Below are positions 30,925 through 40,370 of a stretch of DNA of 64,000 nucleotides, piece by piece. The DNA comes from Dehalococcoidia bacterium. Lineage in GTDB: Bacteria > Chloroflexota > Dehalococcoidia > Lucifugimonadales > UBA3495. Below the pieces are notes generated by a model. That model was not told where the DNA came from and searched no databases. It saw nothing but the letters and a program-made list of their open reading frames with translations. Position numbers and translations under genes: made by a program. Every line of letters starts with the position of its first letter. Positions within the stretch are counted from its first letter, which is position 1. The DNA lies in assembly GCA_965220105.1 (NCBI GenBank), contig OZ244811.1, positions 1,465,046-1,529,045 of the forward strand. The letters run 5' to 3'.

Positions 30925-31072
30925 CTCGCGCGTACCCCTTTTAATCTGTCATTGCGAGCGTAGCGTGGCAATCTCGTCGTCGTAGCAACGGCGGTTCGCC
31001 GACGTGTGTTCAACCTCATCGAGATTGCCACGTCGCTGTGCTCCTCGCAATGACAAAGTGAGTACGCATGAG
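30925..31072. mobile_element. Shell-1 composite MITE-like element with inverted core
   Basis: Perfect 10-bp flanking direct repeat AGGAGAACGG (30915-30924 / 31073-31082); ends CTCGCGCGTACCCCTTT and AAAGTGAGTACGCATGAG; lies between convergent genes. Confidence 0.9.
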
Positions 31073-31090
31073 AGGAGAACGGCGGTTGAC

Positions 31091-31873
31091 CTACTCCTCC
31101 GCCACCACGTAGTTCCTGAGCGTGCCGATACCGCTGACCTCCACCTCGATGGTGTCTCCGGGGAACATGTCCCCGTCGGCTCCCTCGGTCCCCATCCACA
31201 GGACGTCGCCAGGGTACAGAGTGGCATAGTTGCTGAGTTCGTGAATCCAGGTGGCGGTGTCCCAGATCTGGTCGGCAGACGAGAAGTCCTCCCACACCTC
31301 ACCGTTGTGGCGCACGATGATGCGGAACCCCTTGGGGTCGAGATCGGTGACGATCCAGGGGCCCATGGGCTTCCAGGTATCGCAATTTTTGCCCCGGAAC
31401 ATGGTGCGGTCGGCCTGCTGCCAGGGCCGCTGGCTGATATCGTTGCCTATGGTATAACCGAAGACGTAGTCCAGGGCTTCGCTTACCGGCACGTTGCGGG
31501 CTTTCTTGCCTATAACCACCGCCAGTTGACCTTCCGGCTGGACCGCGCCGGAGGACTCGCCAGGAACGACAATGTTTTCTTCCGTACCGATGACGGCGTG
31601 GACTGATCGATAGTTGGGTGAGGGGCGGTCCGGATATGCGGGAGGCGCTCCTCGTCGCGCGGCCATACCTTCCACGTGTCCCCGGTAGTTGGGTCCGGCG
31701 GCGTACAGCATCGGGGGCCTGATGGGCGCCAGCAGCTTCACCCGGTCCAGGGCATAAGAATGGTTGGTGACGGCATAGTCTTCCAGCGGATTGCCCCACA
31801 CCTCGGTCACGTTGTTGCCTTCCACGATGCCAAAACTGGTCTTTTCGTCTATTTGAAAGCGGCACCAAATCAT
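31091..31873 (-). CDS. Fumarylacetoacetate hydrolase family protein
   Basis: AAGPNY, VQPEGQLAVVIGK, GYTIGNDIS, GKNCDTWKPMGPWI, GDVLWMGT. Confidence 0.9.
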   Translation of the reverse strand: MIWCRFQIDEKTSFGIVEGNNVTEVWGNPLEDYAVTNHSYALDRVKLLAPIRPPMLYAAGPNYRGHVEGMAARRGAPPAYPDRPSPNYRSVHAVIGTEENIVVPGESSGAVQPEGQLAVVIGKKARNVPVSEALDYVFGYTIGNDISQRPWQQADRTMFRGKNCDTWKPMGPWIVTDLDPKGFRIIVRHNGEVWEDFSSADQIWDTATWIHELSNYATLYPGDVLWMGTEGADGDMFPGDTIEVEVSGIGTLRNYVVAEE

Positions 31874-31905
31874 GGGTCATCTCCTTTTGAGACCGTCTTT
31901 TGAGG

Positions 31906-32871
31906 CTATTCGGGCGTCACCAACGATTCAGCTTCTGCACCGGAGAGCACCCGCAGGATGTTGGCGCAAGCGAAGGTGGCCGCCCGCAGCGCCGTTTCTC
32001 CGCTTTGGCCAGCCATGTGCGGTGTTATGACCACGTTGTCCAGGTCGAATAGAGGGTTGTCCGCCGGCGTTGGCTCTACCTCAAGAACGTCCAATCCCGC
32101 CCCGGCAATCTTCCCTTCCGTGAGAGCCCGATAGAGTGCTGCCTCGTCCACCACCGGACCCCGGCACGCGTTGATCAAGAAAGCCGTTGGCTTCATCATC
32201 TCAAACTCGCGGTCGGACATCATCCCCCTGGTGCGTCGGGTCAAAGGCACGTGGAGGCTGACGATGTCGGAGGACTCCAACAGTTCGTCAAAAGGCCCCG
32301 GTTTGGCCTTGAGTTCCCGCTGGATGTCCTGCGGGATATCGATGACGTCGTGGTAAATCGTCCGGGTGTCGAACCCGGTGAGTCTCTTGGCGACGTGCTT
32401 GCCAATGCGCCCGAGTCCGACGATACCCACCGTCTTGTCGGTGAGCTCCGATAATTCGGTCTGATAAAGGGCGCCGCGCCATTGACGTTGCCGGGTGGTG
32501 CTGTCCCATTGAGCCATCAGGTTCCTGGCGATGCTTATCATCAAGGCAATGGTTTGCTCAGAAACCGAGATGGCGTTGGCTCCGCCGTTGTTCGCTACCG
32601 GAATGCCCATCTCCAGGATGGTCTCCAGATCCAACCGGTCGTAACCCGCGCTGAGAGTCTGGATCAATTTCACGTTGGGGCATTCCTTCAGTACGTTGAC
32701 CGAGATGTCGCTGGATATGATGGCGTCGGCTTCGCGGCATAGATCGATTTTTTCCGCCTCCGATAAAGCGGCGTCCACAACCGTAACCTCCAAGTCGTCG
32801 GGGGCCTGGGCCAGCATCACCTCGGCACGTCCTCCCACTCCGCTGAAATAAGCAACTTTCCAAGAGGGCAT
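31906..32871 (-). CDS. D-isomer-specific 2-hydroxyacid dehydrogenase
   Basis: SAGYDRLD, GIVGLGRIG, SLHVPL, INACRG, AGLDV, ITPHMAG. Confidence 0.93.
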   Translation of the reverse strand: MPSWKVAYFSGVGGRAEVMLAQAPDDLEVTVVDAALSEAEKIDLCREADAIISSDISVNVLKECPNVKLIQTLSAGYDRLDLETILEMGIPVANNGGANAISVSEQTIALMISIARNLMAQWDSTTRQRQWRGALYQTELSELTDKTVGIVGLGRIGKHVAKRLTGFDTRTIYHDVIDIPQDIQRELKAKPGPFDELLESSDIVSLHVPLTRRTRGMMSDREFEMMKPTAFLINACRGPVVDEAALYRALTEGKIAGAGLDVLEVEPTPADNPLFDLDNVVITPHMAGQSGETALRAATFACANILRVLSGAEAESLVTPE

Positions 32872-33030
32872 TTTGGCTATCTCCTTCGCGTTTAGCCTGG
32901 AATAGTCTGCACTTCCACCGCAATTATAGATGGGGCAGAGGCAGTGTCAAAACTGTTCGGGGCGACCGAGTGTTTTGCATCAACCGCGCTCTTGAGATGC
33001 TTTCAAAGTAGCGTCCGCAACCTGGAGCCG

Positions 33031-33993
33031 TCAGGTGACGAAGGGGAGAACTTCCTCCGTGAACCGCGCCAGCTGACCCATCTGGTCCGGAGCAGCGAAC
33101 CTGACGATGAAGTAATCGGCCCCGCGTTCTTGGTACGCCTCGATCGCGTCGATGCACTTCTGGGGCGGGCCGAACACGCACAGCAGTTGTTTGCTGATGA
33201 CGTCGTAGGGAACGCTGTAGTACGCCCGCATGAACTGGTCGCCTTCGGCCAGGGCAGCGTCGGTATCATCCTTCAGATTTATCGAGATATACAGGCAACG
33301 GCCTATGCCCGCCGGGTCCCGGCCCACTTCACCAGCGCATTGTTCGATCCTTTCCCAGCAACGGTCGAACAGCTCCACCGACGGAACGTTGGTGATCCAG
33401 GCGTCGCCCAGCTCGGCGACTCTGGCCAGGCCCCGCTGCACCCAGTTGCTGGAAATCCAGAGGGGGATGGACAGCTGGACCGGTCGGGGTTCCAGCTCGA
33501 CGTTCTGGAGTGGATAGAACTCCCCGGACGTGCTGACCGGCTCTCCCGTCCACAGGGCGCGCATGGTGCGGATGCTCTCCTCCATTCGGGAGGCGCGTTC
33601 CGTTATCGGAACGCCGACCGCCGCGTGTTCATCGACGAACATCTGGTTGTTGCCGCGGCCCGCGCCGAGGCCCAGGATGGTGCGCCCGCTGGAGATGTTG
33701 TCGATGGTGGACGCGGCGTGGGCCAGGTGGACGGGATGGCGCAGGGCGTTGAGCAGGACGGCGGTTCCGACCTTGACCCGGTTGGTGCGGGCGGCGATGG
33801 CCGCCATGGCCGTCAGGGGCTCCAGGCGAGGCTTGGAGGTGATGCTGTCGCCAACCCAGACGGAGTCATAGCCAAGCCGCTCCGCAGTCTCGGCCATCTG
33901 CCAGGTCAGTTCCACCCTGGGGCCGCCGCTGTCGGCGTACACCAGCACACCCCTGGTGGGAAGCAGGACCCCGAAGTTTTTCACCAGTGCCAT
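33031..33993 (-). CDS. LLM class oxidoreductase (possibly F420-dependent)
   Basis: LGYDSVWVGDS, EPLTAMAAIAARTNRVKVGTAV, SGRTILGLGAG. Confidence 0.88.
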   Translation of the reverse strand: MALVKNFGVLLPTRGVLVYADSGGPRVELTWQMAETAERLGYDSVWVGDSITSKPRLEPLTAMAAIAARTNRVKVGTAVLLNALRHPVHLAHAASTIDNISSGRTILGLGAGRGNNQMFVDEHAAVGVPITERASRMEESIRTMRALWTGEPVSTSGEFYPLQNVELEPRPVQLSIPLWISSNWVQRGLARVAELGDAWITNVPSVELFDRCWERIEQCAGEVGRDPAGIGRCLYISINLKDDTDAALAEGDQFMRAYYSVPYDVISKQLLCVFGPPQKCIDAIEAYQERGADYFIVRFAAPDQMGQLARFTEEVLPFVT

Positions 33994-34095
33994 TCCGTTT
34001 CGATTCTCCCGGGCGAGCGTTTATCCGCACTTTGGGCGACGGGGGCATTATACATTGCCGGCTTTCGCGGTGCGATTGGCACGGTGCGGTCAGCA

Positions 34096-34214
34096 GGGCC
34101 TTTTCAAAGTCGGTGTATTGACCAATTCCGCTCGTCCTGAGCCTGTCGAAAGACGATCGCCGATGGTTCGACAAGCTCACCATGAGCGGAGGTTGGGGGA
34201 CTTTGAAAAGGCCC
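34096..34214. mobile_element. Shell-2 MITE-like element carrying the cargo-b doublet
   Basis: Perfect 16-bp TIR GGGCCTTTTCAAAGTC; internal CCGCTCGTCCTGAGCCTGTCGAA...TTCGACAAGCTCACCATGAGCGG. No TSD visible. Confidence 0.82.
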
Positions 34215-34406
34215 ACGCCGGACTTGCTCGGGGTCTGGACGTTTTTGTGCCGATGAACATTGAACCCTCCGAAACGGGTTAAAGGAATGCGCCGTTGATT
34301 CCCGGTGTCGGCAGGGAGGAACAGTTATACTGACACGGCAAATTGCCTTATTGAAGATTAAACCCCGCCCGAGCCTGGCAGGAGAACCTGAAGGAGGAAC
34401 ACGCCA

Positions 34407-35540
34407 ATGCATTGTGGAGTGATGGTCACTGGTTACAACCAAGGTGACTGGGACCGTCTGATGGAGGGAGATTACGACCGCCCGCCGACGGTACCGGACG
34501 CCAGGAATATGGATGACACCCTCTATATGGGGGAACTAGTCGAGCCGCTGGGGTTCGATTCGATCTGGGCAACCGAACACTACGGCTCCGCATACTCGAT
34601 GCAGCCCAACCCATTGCAATACCTGGCATATTGGGCGGGCCGCACCAGCCGGGTCGATGTGGGTACCGCGGTCATCGTCGCGCCGTGGTGGAATCCGGTG
34701 CGGCTGGCTTCCGAGATCTCCATGCTCGACATCCTGCTGAAAGGCCGGCGCCTCCATCTGGGGATCGGCCGCGGAATCGCGCCCCACGAGTATGCTTCGC
34801 TCGGCTATCCGATAGATCAATCGCACAAGTATTTCTACGACGTAATCAACGCCATCAAGGCCGCTGACGGCGCGGAACGCTTCGATTTCCAGGGCGAGGT
34901 CTACGATATCCCTCCGACCAGCATCCGGCCTCAGGCCCGCCATAAGGGTGAACTGACCAAGAACATTAAGGTGGCGTTCACTACCGAGGCGTCAGCAAGA
35001 ATGGCTGCCGAGAACGGTCTTGGGCAGATGTTTGTTGCCGGCGACAATGTCGAGGAGATGACCGATAAGGTGCGAAGGTTCAACCAGATTCGGAGCGAAC
35101 TGGGCCTTCCGCCCGACCAGCCTACCACTTTGTTGTGGATGTATTGCGCCGAGACGGCGGCGGAGGCCGAAGAGGGATGGGACTACTTCCATAACCAACT
35201 CACCGCGGCCCAGCACCACTACTTCGAATGGAACAATCCAGGCTATGAGGGTATACACGGCTACGAGGAATATCTCATACGCCAGAATGCCGACGTCGGT
35301 ACCGCGGATGCCAGTTTCGCCGCCCGGCGTTCAACCCAACCCATCGGTACGCCGGACGAGATCATCGAGAAGATCAGGGCGCTCCAGGAGACCATCAGCC
35401 TGGAAAAGCTGGTGATCCACATGTTCTACGGCGGGATGCCGAGGGATAAAGCCGAAAAAAGCCTCAAACTCTTCGCAGAGAAAGTCCTTCCGGAGGTGCA
35501 GGTCATGCCCACTCCAATCAATCCCAGATCCCTGGGGTGA
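34407..35540 (+). CDS. Luciferase-like (LLM class) flavin-dependent monooxygenase
   Basis: GFDSIWATEHY, GTAVIVAPWWNPVRLASE, LHLGIGRG; GGAGG RBS. Confidence 0.9.
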   Translation: MHCGVMVTGYNQGDWDRLMEGDYDRPPTVPDARNMDDTLYMGELVEPLGFDSIWATEHYGSAYSMQPNPLQYLAYWAGRTSRVDVGTAVIVAPWWNPVRLASEISMLDILLKGRRLHLGIGRGIAPHEYASLGYPIDQSHKYFYDVINAIKAADGAERFDFQGEVYDIPPTSIRPQARHKGELTKNIKVAFTTEASARMAAENGLGQMFVAGDNVEEMTDKVRRFNQIRSELGLPPDQPTTLLWMYCAETAAEAEEGWDYFHNQLTAAQHHYFEWNNPGYEGIHGYEEYLIRQNADVGTADASFAARRSTQPIGTPDEIIEKIRALQETISLEKLVIHMFYGGMPRDKAEKSLKLFAEKVLPEVQVMPTPINPRSLG

Positions 35541-35604
35541 GCCCGCCGGCCGGTCAAAATGCCGTCACACAGATTCCGAACATCACGGGCTTCTATGGGT
35601 CCGC

Positions 35605-36416
35605 CTAACGCCCGGCAGTTTCCCAAGCCACGACACAGGGGCGCAGGGGCTGTACCCCCTCGATTTGCCAGACACCTTCCTCTTCGTGCAACGAGCTCTC
35701 TAACGCCCGCTCCAGCCGGGTCATCGCTTCGGTCCCAAGAGTAACGTAGATTCGACGGGCGATCATGTCGCTCGCTTCCTGGCGGCTGCCGAACCCCCGT
35801 GGCGGCTGTTCGTCCAGCTCGGTCACCTCCGGCCTGATGCCCAACTGCTCCAGAACCGGGAGGAACTCCGGCAGACAGGGGAGCCGGCGGCGTTTTTCGC
35901 CGTGAACTTGCTCCCAAAGACCGGAGATTTGCGACTGCGGCGGAGACTGGAACAGAACGGCCAGGACCAGACGGCGGGCGTGGCCGTCCATCTTTCGGAC
36001 GAATGATCCGATGTCCTCTATGACGTAAACCACGTGGCTGCACAGCACCACGTCGGCGGGTTCAACGGAGACTTCCAGCCAGCCGGCCTCGATCATGGAG
36101 ACGTTTGCGATGTTGTATTCGAGGGCAGTCTCCCGCAGCACGGAGCACATGCTGGGCGACGGCTCCACCGCCGTCACTGTTCGGCAGGTGAGCGCCAGCG
36201 GCAGGGCCAGCCGCCCGCGCCCACGTCCAACAGGGTTTCACCCGGCCTGAGGCGCGCACGGAGTTCTTCGACCAACGGATCTCCCGCCCGGTGCGGGTCG
36301 GCCTTGAACTGCGGCGCGGATTCCGTCCAGTGGTCGGTGGGCCGCACTCCCCGCATCCGGTCCGACTGCTCGTGCTCCACCCGCACCATTTCGCCCCAAG
36401 ATTCGATCGCGTTCAT
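35605..36416 (-). pseudogene. Class I SAM-dependent methyltransferase split by a frameshift
   Basis: TLLDVGAGG in one frame continues as LALPLALTCRTVTAVEPS in another (junction about 36210), then DVVLCSHVVY. Real deletion or assembly error. Confidence 0.8.
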
Positions 36417-36569
36417 TAGACCTTCTCCGATGATGAATATCGGGGCCCGTTGGCCCGCAAGGCTTGGCATCCGCCGGGCACGCACATTCTAACCGCGAAG
36501 GCGGCGGTGCAACAGTCATGCGGGACTGCCGCTATCCGAAGAGTGGGGTAGTTGTAGTATGTTGGGAAT

Positions 36570-37850
36570 GTGGCAGCGATAGCAAAAATTCTGATGGTTT
36601 TACTGGTGGCGCTTGCAGTAGGATGCGACCGCGCGACGCCAACGCAAACAACGACCTTCACGGTTCCGACGCTCCCGGCGCCAGCGCAAACAACGACCCC
36701 TACGGTTCCGACGCCTCCGGCGCCAGCGCAAGCAAAGACCTCTACGATTCCGACGCCACCGTCGCCATCTTCGGAACCGGAGATGGCGACCCTGCGGCTG
36801 GAACCGGTGTTGACTGCCAGGTCGTTCCGGTCACCCACCAACCTGGTTCAGGCTGACAATGGCCAGGTGTGGGTATCCGAGCAGGCCGGACGGGTCTGGG
36901 TATTCGACGGGACGAATCCTGGCCACATCGCCGTCCCGGAGCCCCTGGACATCACCGATCGCGTGAATAGCCGCCGTTCCGAAGAAGGGCTGCTGGGTAT
37001 GGCGTTGGACCCGAAAATCCAACGGCACCTGTACCTTTACTACACCGCGGCCAACCCACGCCGTTCGGTGGTCTCGCGTTTCACCGTTTCGTCTGACCGT
37101 CCCTCCGCCGACCCAGACAGCGAAATGGTGATCCTGGAAGTTGAGCAACCATTCGCCAATCACAACGGCGGCCAGCTCGCTTTCGGGCCGGACGGCTACC
37201 TGTACATCGGCCTGGGCGACGGCGGAGCGGCCGGCGACCCGCTGGGCAACGGTCAGAATACGTCAACACTGCTCGGGGCCATCCTGCGAATCGACGTATC
37301 CCGAACCACATTAGACCATGCGTACACCGTCCCGCCGGACAACCCCTTCTTCGCTGACGGCGGCGGGCGCGGTGAAATTTGGGCCTATGGCCTGCGTAAC
37401 CCGTGGCGGTTCGCCTTTGATCGCGACATCGGTGAGCTATGGGCCGGCGATGTGGGGCAGAACCGTTGGGAGGAAATTGACCTCATCGAGCGGGGCGCCA
37501 ACTACGGATGGAACGTGCTGGAGGGCACCCATTGCTTCCTTGCCAGGGACGGTTGCGAACGTAAAGGAACGGTACCGCCGGTATGGGAATACTCGCTGGA
37601 TGGTGAACCGTGCTCGGTGATCGGTGGCTACGTCTACCGTGGCTCCGCGATCCGGTGGCTGAACGGCGCCTATGTATACGGCGACTTCTGCTCCGGCAAG
37701 GTCTTCGGCCTGCGCTACGTCGACGGCGAGGTGGTGGAACATCAACAACTCCTCGACACTGGCCTGCATATCATGTCTTTCGCCCAGGACAACAACGGAG
37801 AGCTATACCTGCTCTCCCAGGAGTCGGGCATCTATCGCCTCTCCAATTAG
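36570..37850 (+). CDS. PQQ-dependent glucose/sorbosone dehydrogenase (YliI/GSDH-like) lipoprotein
   Basis: EEGLLGMA, NHNGGQLAFGPDGYLYIGLGDGG, GAILRID, WAYGLRNPWR. Confidence 0.9.
   Translation: MAAIAKILMVLLVALAVGCDRATPTQTTTFTVPTLPAPAQTTTPTVPTPPAPAQAKTSTIPTPPSPSSEPEMATLRLEPVLTARSFRSPTNLVQADNGQVWVSEQAGRVWVFDGTNPGHIAVPEPLDITDRVNSRRSEEGLLGMALDPKIQRHLYLYYTAANPRRSVVSRFTVSSDRPSADPDSEMVILEVEQPFANHNGGQLAFGPDGYLYIGLGDGGAAGDPLGNGQNTSTLLGAILRIDVSRTTLDHAYTVPPDNPFFADGGGRGEIWAYGLRNPWRFAFDRDIGELWAGDVGQNRWEEIDLIERGANYGWNVLEGTHCFLARDGCERKGTVPPVWEYSLDGEPCSVIGGYVYRGSAIRWLNGAYVYGDFCSGKVFGLRYVDGEVVEHQQLLDTGLHIMSFAQDNNGELYLLSQESGIYRLSN
36642..36767 (+). repeat. Three in-frame 42-bp repeats encoding a Pro/Thr linker
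   Basis: TQTTTFTVPTLPAP / AQTTTPTVPTPPAP / AQAKTSTIPTPPSP. Confidence 0.85.
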
Positions 37851-37910
37851 CCAGGAGGGTGTCCGGGGACTGGACAAACCTGGCGTGTCGAGGCCTCACG
37901 CCATTTGCTC

Positions 37911-38040
37911 GATTATTTGCAATGACGTTGCGACCCCGTACTTGATGCGGGGGTGGCAATCTCGTTGGCGAAAAAACCCGGCTGCCGATTGGGATTGCCA
38001 CGTCGCTTAGCTCCTCGCAATGACAGTACCTCAAATAACC
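37911..38040. repeat. Cargo-a palindromic doublet, divergent copy
   Basis: ...GGTGGCAATCTC and GGGATTGCCACGTCGCTTAGCTCCTCGCAATGAC arms; outer GATTATTTG / CAAATAACC; lies between convergent genes. Confidence 0.78.
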
Positions 38041-38077
38041 GGCCTCACATTTGACCAGACTGTCCGCAGTTGCGATA

Positions 38078-39031
38078 TCAGAACCAGTTGGCTTTGTCCA
38101 CCACGTTTCGTAGTTCTCTGCCCTCGTTGAAGCGTTTGCAGTTGTCGATGAAGAGCTCGGTACGTCGGTCGTCGAGATAGGGGCCGTTACCCGCCACGTG
38201 GGGCGTGATCAGCACTCCGGGCATACTCCAAAGGGGGTGTCCAGCGGGCAGCGGCTCAATTTGAAATACATCGAGACCGGCGCCGGCAATCTCGCCCGCC
38301 CGCAATGCATCCACCAGATCGTCCAGAATTACCGTGGCTCCCCTCCCGATATTGATGAAATATCCGCTGCTCTTCATGGCGCGGAACTGGGCCCGTCCGA
38401 ACATACCTTGCGTTTCCGGCGTTTCCGGAACGGTCACGATGACAAAGTCGCCCCGCGGCAGGACTTCCAGCAGGTCATCGGGCCGGTGCAGCTCCGAAAC
38501 TCCCGCGGAGGGCGCTGGCAGTCTGGGATCGACCCCAAGCACCGTCATTCCGAACTCCGAGCACAACCGGGCGGTTTCGCCGCCGATGCCCCCGACACCC
38601 ACGATCACCACGGTGGCTTCCGGCAAGTAGATCGTTGGGTACCCCTGCTGCCAGACGCCGGCAACCTGTTGCGGTATGTACACCTGTAACCCCCGGGCGA
38701 AAGCTAACAGCAGGGACATGATGTGGGCGCTGATATGGTCGTTGTAGATCTCTCTGGTGTTGGTAACCACCACGTCGCTCCCAATTAAATCCTGGTGGTA
38801 ATACCCGGCGCGCGGCCCGGCCTGGGGGCAGGCAATCCACTTGAGGTTGCGAGCCCGCTCCAACAGTTCCGGCACAATATCGCCAAAGGCCGCGTCAGCG
38901 TCGCCGATGACCTCCATCGCCTCCCCCACCGTGGGGCAAACGTGAACGTCGATATCCGGTATTTCCTCCCGCAGCCGCTCCGGCCAGTGGCCCTGGTAGT
39001 TGGGTGGGCAGATTACCAGCTTGAATCCCAT
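38078..39031 (-). CDS. D-2-hydroxyacid dehydrogenase (NAD(P)-dependent)
   Basis: VIVGVGGIG, VPETPET, INIGRG, AGLDV, ITPHVAG; AGGAGG RBS before ATG 39031. Confidence 0.9.
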   Translation of the reverse strand: MGFKLVICPPNYQGHWPERLREEIPDIDVHVCPTVGEAMEVIGDADAAFGDIVPELLERARNLKWIACPQAGPRAGYYHQDLIGSDVVVTNTREIYNDHISAHIMSLLLAFARGLQVYIPQQVAGVWQQGYPTIYLPEATVVIVGVGGIGGETARLCSEFGMTVLGVDPRLPAPSAGVSELHRPDDLLEVLPRGDFVIVTVPETPETQGMFGRAQFRAMKSSGYFINIGRGATVILDDLVDALRAGEIAGAGLDVFQIEPLPAGHPLWSMPGVLITPHVAGNGPYLDDRRTELFIDNCKRFNEGRELRNVVDKANWF

Positions 39032-39184
39032 CTCGGCGTTCCTCCTGCTTGATCTCAGTTGCGACATTCTAGGCCGAATTGAAGCGGGCGCAACACTCAG
39101 CGACGCAACCATTACGCCTTATCCGTATTACGTGCGTCATCCGAGTTGTATAATACGACCGAAAATGGCCTGGAGCGGAAGAAT

Positions 39185-40009
39185 ATGGCGAATTTGACCA
39201 ACACGCACCGAATCGGCGCCCTGGTTCCCGCCACCAACCCGGTGGTCGAACCCGACTTCTACCGGGTGACGCCGCCGGAAATCACGGTGCACTTCGAGCG
39301 TATGTGGAACGGCGCCTGGGGAACCCAGCCGGAAATTTCCACCGACACCGGGCACCGTCTCAGCATGACCAGCAACGAAGCCGACGAAGTCGACTGGGCG
39401 CTGTTCGGATTCGACGTCGGCAAGATGAACGACGACGTGGCCCGTGGCGCCAGCGCCCTGTCCAACATCGGTCCCGACGTTCTGGTCTATGCCTGCACTT
39501 CTGGCACGTGGCATAGGGGCTATATGGCCTACGACCAGCGGATGGCGGAAATCATGGAGGCAGCCAGCGGCGTCCAGTCAATAACCGCCGTCGCCTCCTG
39601 CATCGCCGCCATGCGGCACATGGGCAGCCGCCGGTTGAGCATCGCTGGTCCTTACCGCAACTTCCACCTGCGAAACCGCCTGAAGCCGCTGATGGAAGAG
39701 GCCGGCTTCGAGGTGCTGAGCGCCGACGGCGAACCGTGGATGCAGGACTCGATGAACCCCCGCGAAATCGACGCCGAGCCGCCCCAGACCATCATCGACT
39801 TCGTGCCGACGGTGGTCCAGGAAGAGTCCGATACCATCTTCCTGCCCGGCACGGCCTGGCGGGCGCTTGACGCAGCTGAAGCACTGGAGCAGAAGCTGGG
39901 CAAGACCGTCATCACAGTCAACCAGGCCACCATCTGGATGGCCCTCCGGCGGCTGGGGTGGTCGAAGCCGATAGACGGCTACGGCAGCCTGCTGCGAAGC
40001 CTGGAGTAG
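39185..40009 (+). CDS. Maleate isomerase / arylmalonate decarboxylase (Asp/Glu racemase superfamily) homologue with one catalytic Cys
   Basis: IGALVPATNPVVEPDF, VYACTSG, SIAGPY, IFLPGTAW, GKTVITVNQATIW. Confidence 0.85.
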   Translation: MANLTNTHRIGALVPATNPVVEPDFYRVTPPEITVHFERMWNGAWGTQPEISTDTGHRLSMTSNEADEVDWALFGFDVGKMNDDVARGASALSNIGPDVLVYACTSGTWHRGYMAYDQRMAEIMEAASGVQSITAVASCIAAMRHMGSRRLSIAGPYRNFHLRNRLKPLMEEAGFEVLSADGEPWMQDSMNPREIDAEPPQTIIDFVPTVVQEESDTIFLPGTAWRALDAAEALEQKLGKTVITVNQATIWMALRRLGWSKPIDGYGSLLRSLE

Positions 40010-40120
40010 CCGGCGAACGGACTTATCGGCAAGGGGGACCGGCCCCGGGAGTGTGGGTCGGATCCACGCAACTGTCAGGGTCGCCGAATTTATTTCTCCG
40101 CGCCTGAATGGCGGTGTCTT

Positions 40121-40258
40121 CAGAAGTGGCGTGATGGCGGGACGTGGGGACGAGTTGAGGCGGATTTGCGTGCCCCGGCACGAGAAGCGGCGAGGCTGGA
40201 AGCCACACCCGGCTCGGCCATCATCGGCAGCCAGTCGGTGAAAACCACGGATAAAGGA
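40121..40258 (+). pseudogene. Short remnant of an IS5-family transposase
   Basis: Manual translation QKWRDGGTWGRVEADLRAPAREAARLEATPGSAIIGSQSVKTTDKG aligns to WRRDGTW...[17 protein letters not shown] of the IS5 at 16.3 kb. Confidence 0.75.
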
Positions 40259-40370
40259 TTGTCGTACTCAAACGCCACGCCGTACCTCAACTCGGACCGC
40301 ATGGCTTCCCTCTACTAAACCCTTCCCACTTCTAATCCGAGGGCATCCTGTGCGGTTGGTTCGGTCTCCC

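Noticed and set aside
34085-34225. Target-site duplications for the 34096 and 57249 shell-2 elements
   Set aside because: Best flank matches are 4/9 and 5/8, not above chance.
36570-37850. PQQ biosynthesis or RiPP cluster (with the propeller gene at 21934)
   Set aside because: No pqq genes, radical SAM enzyme or precursor peptide seen; the two genes are unrelated and 13 kb apart.
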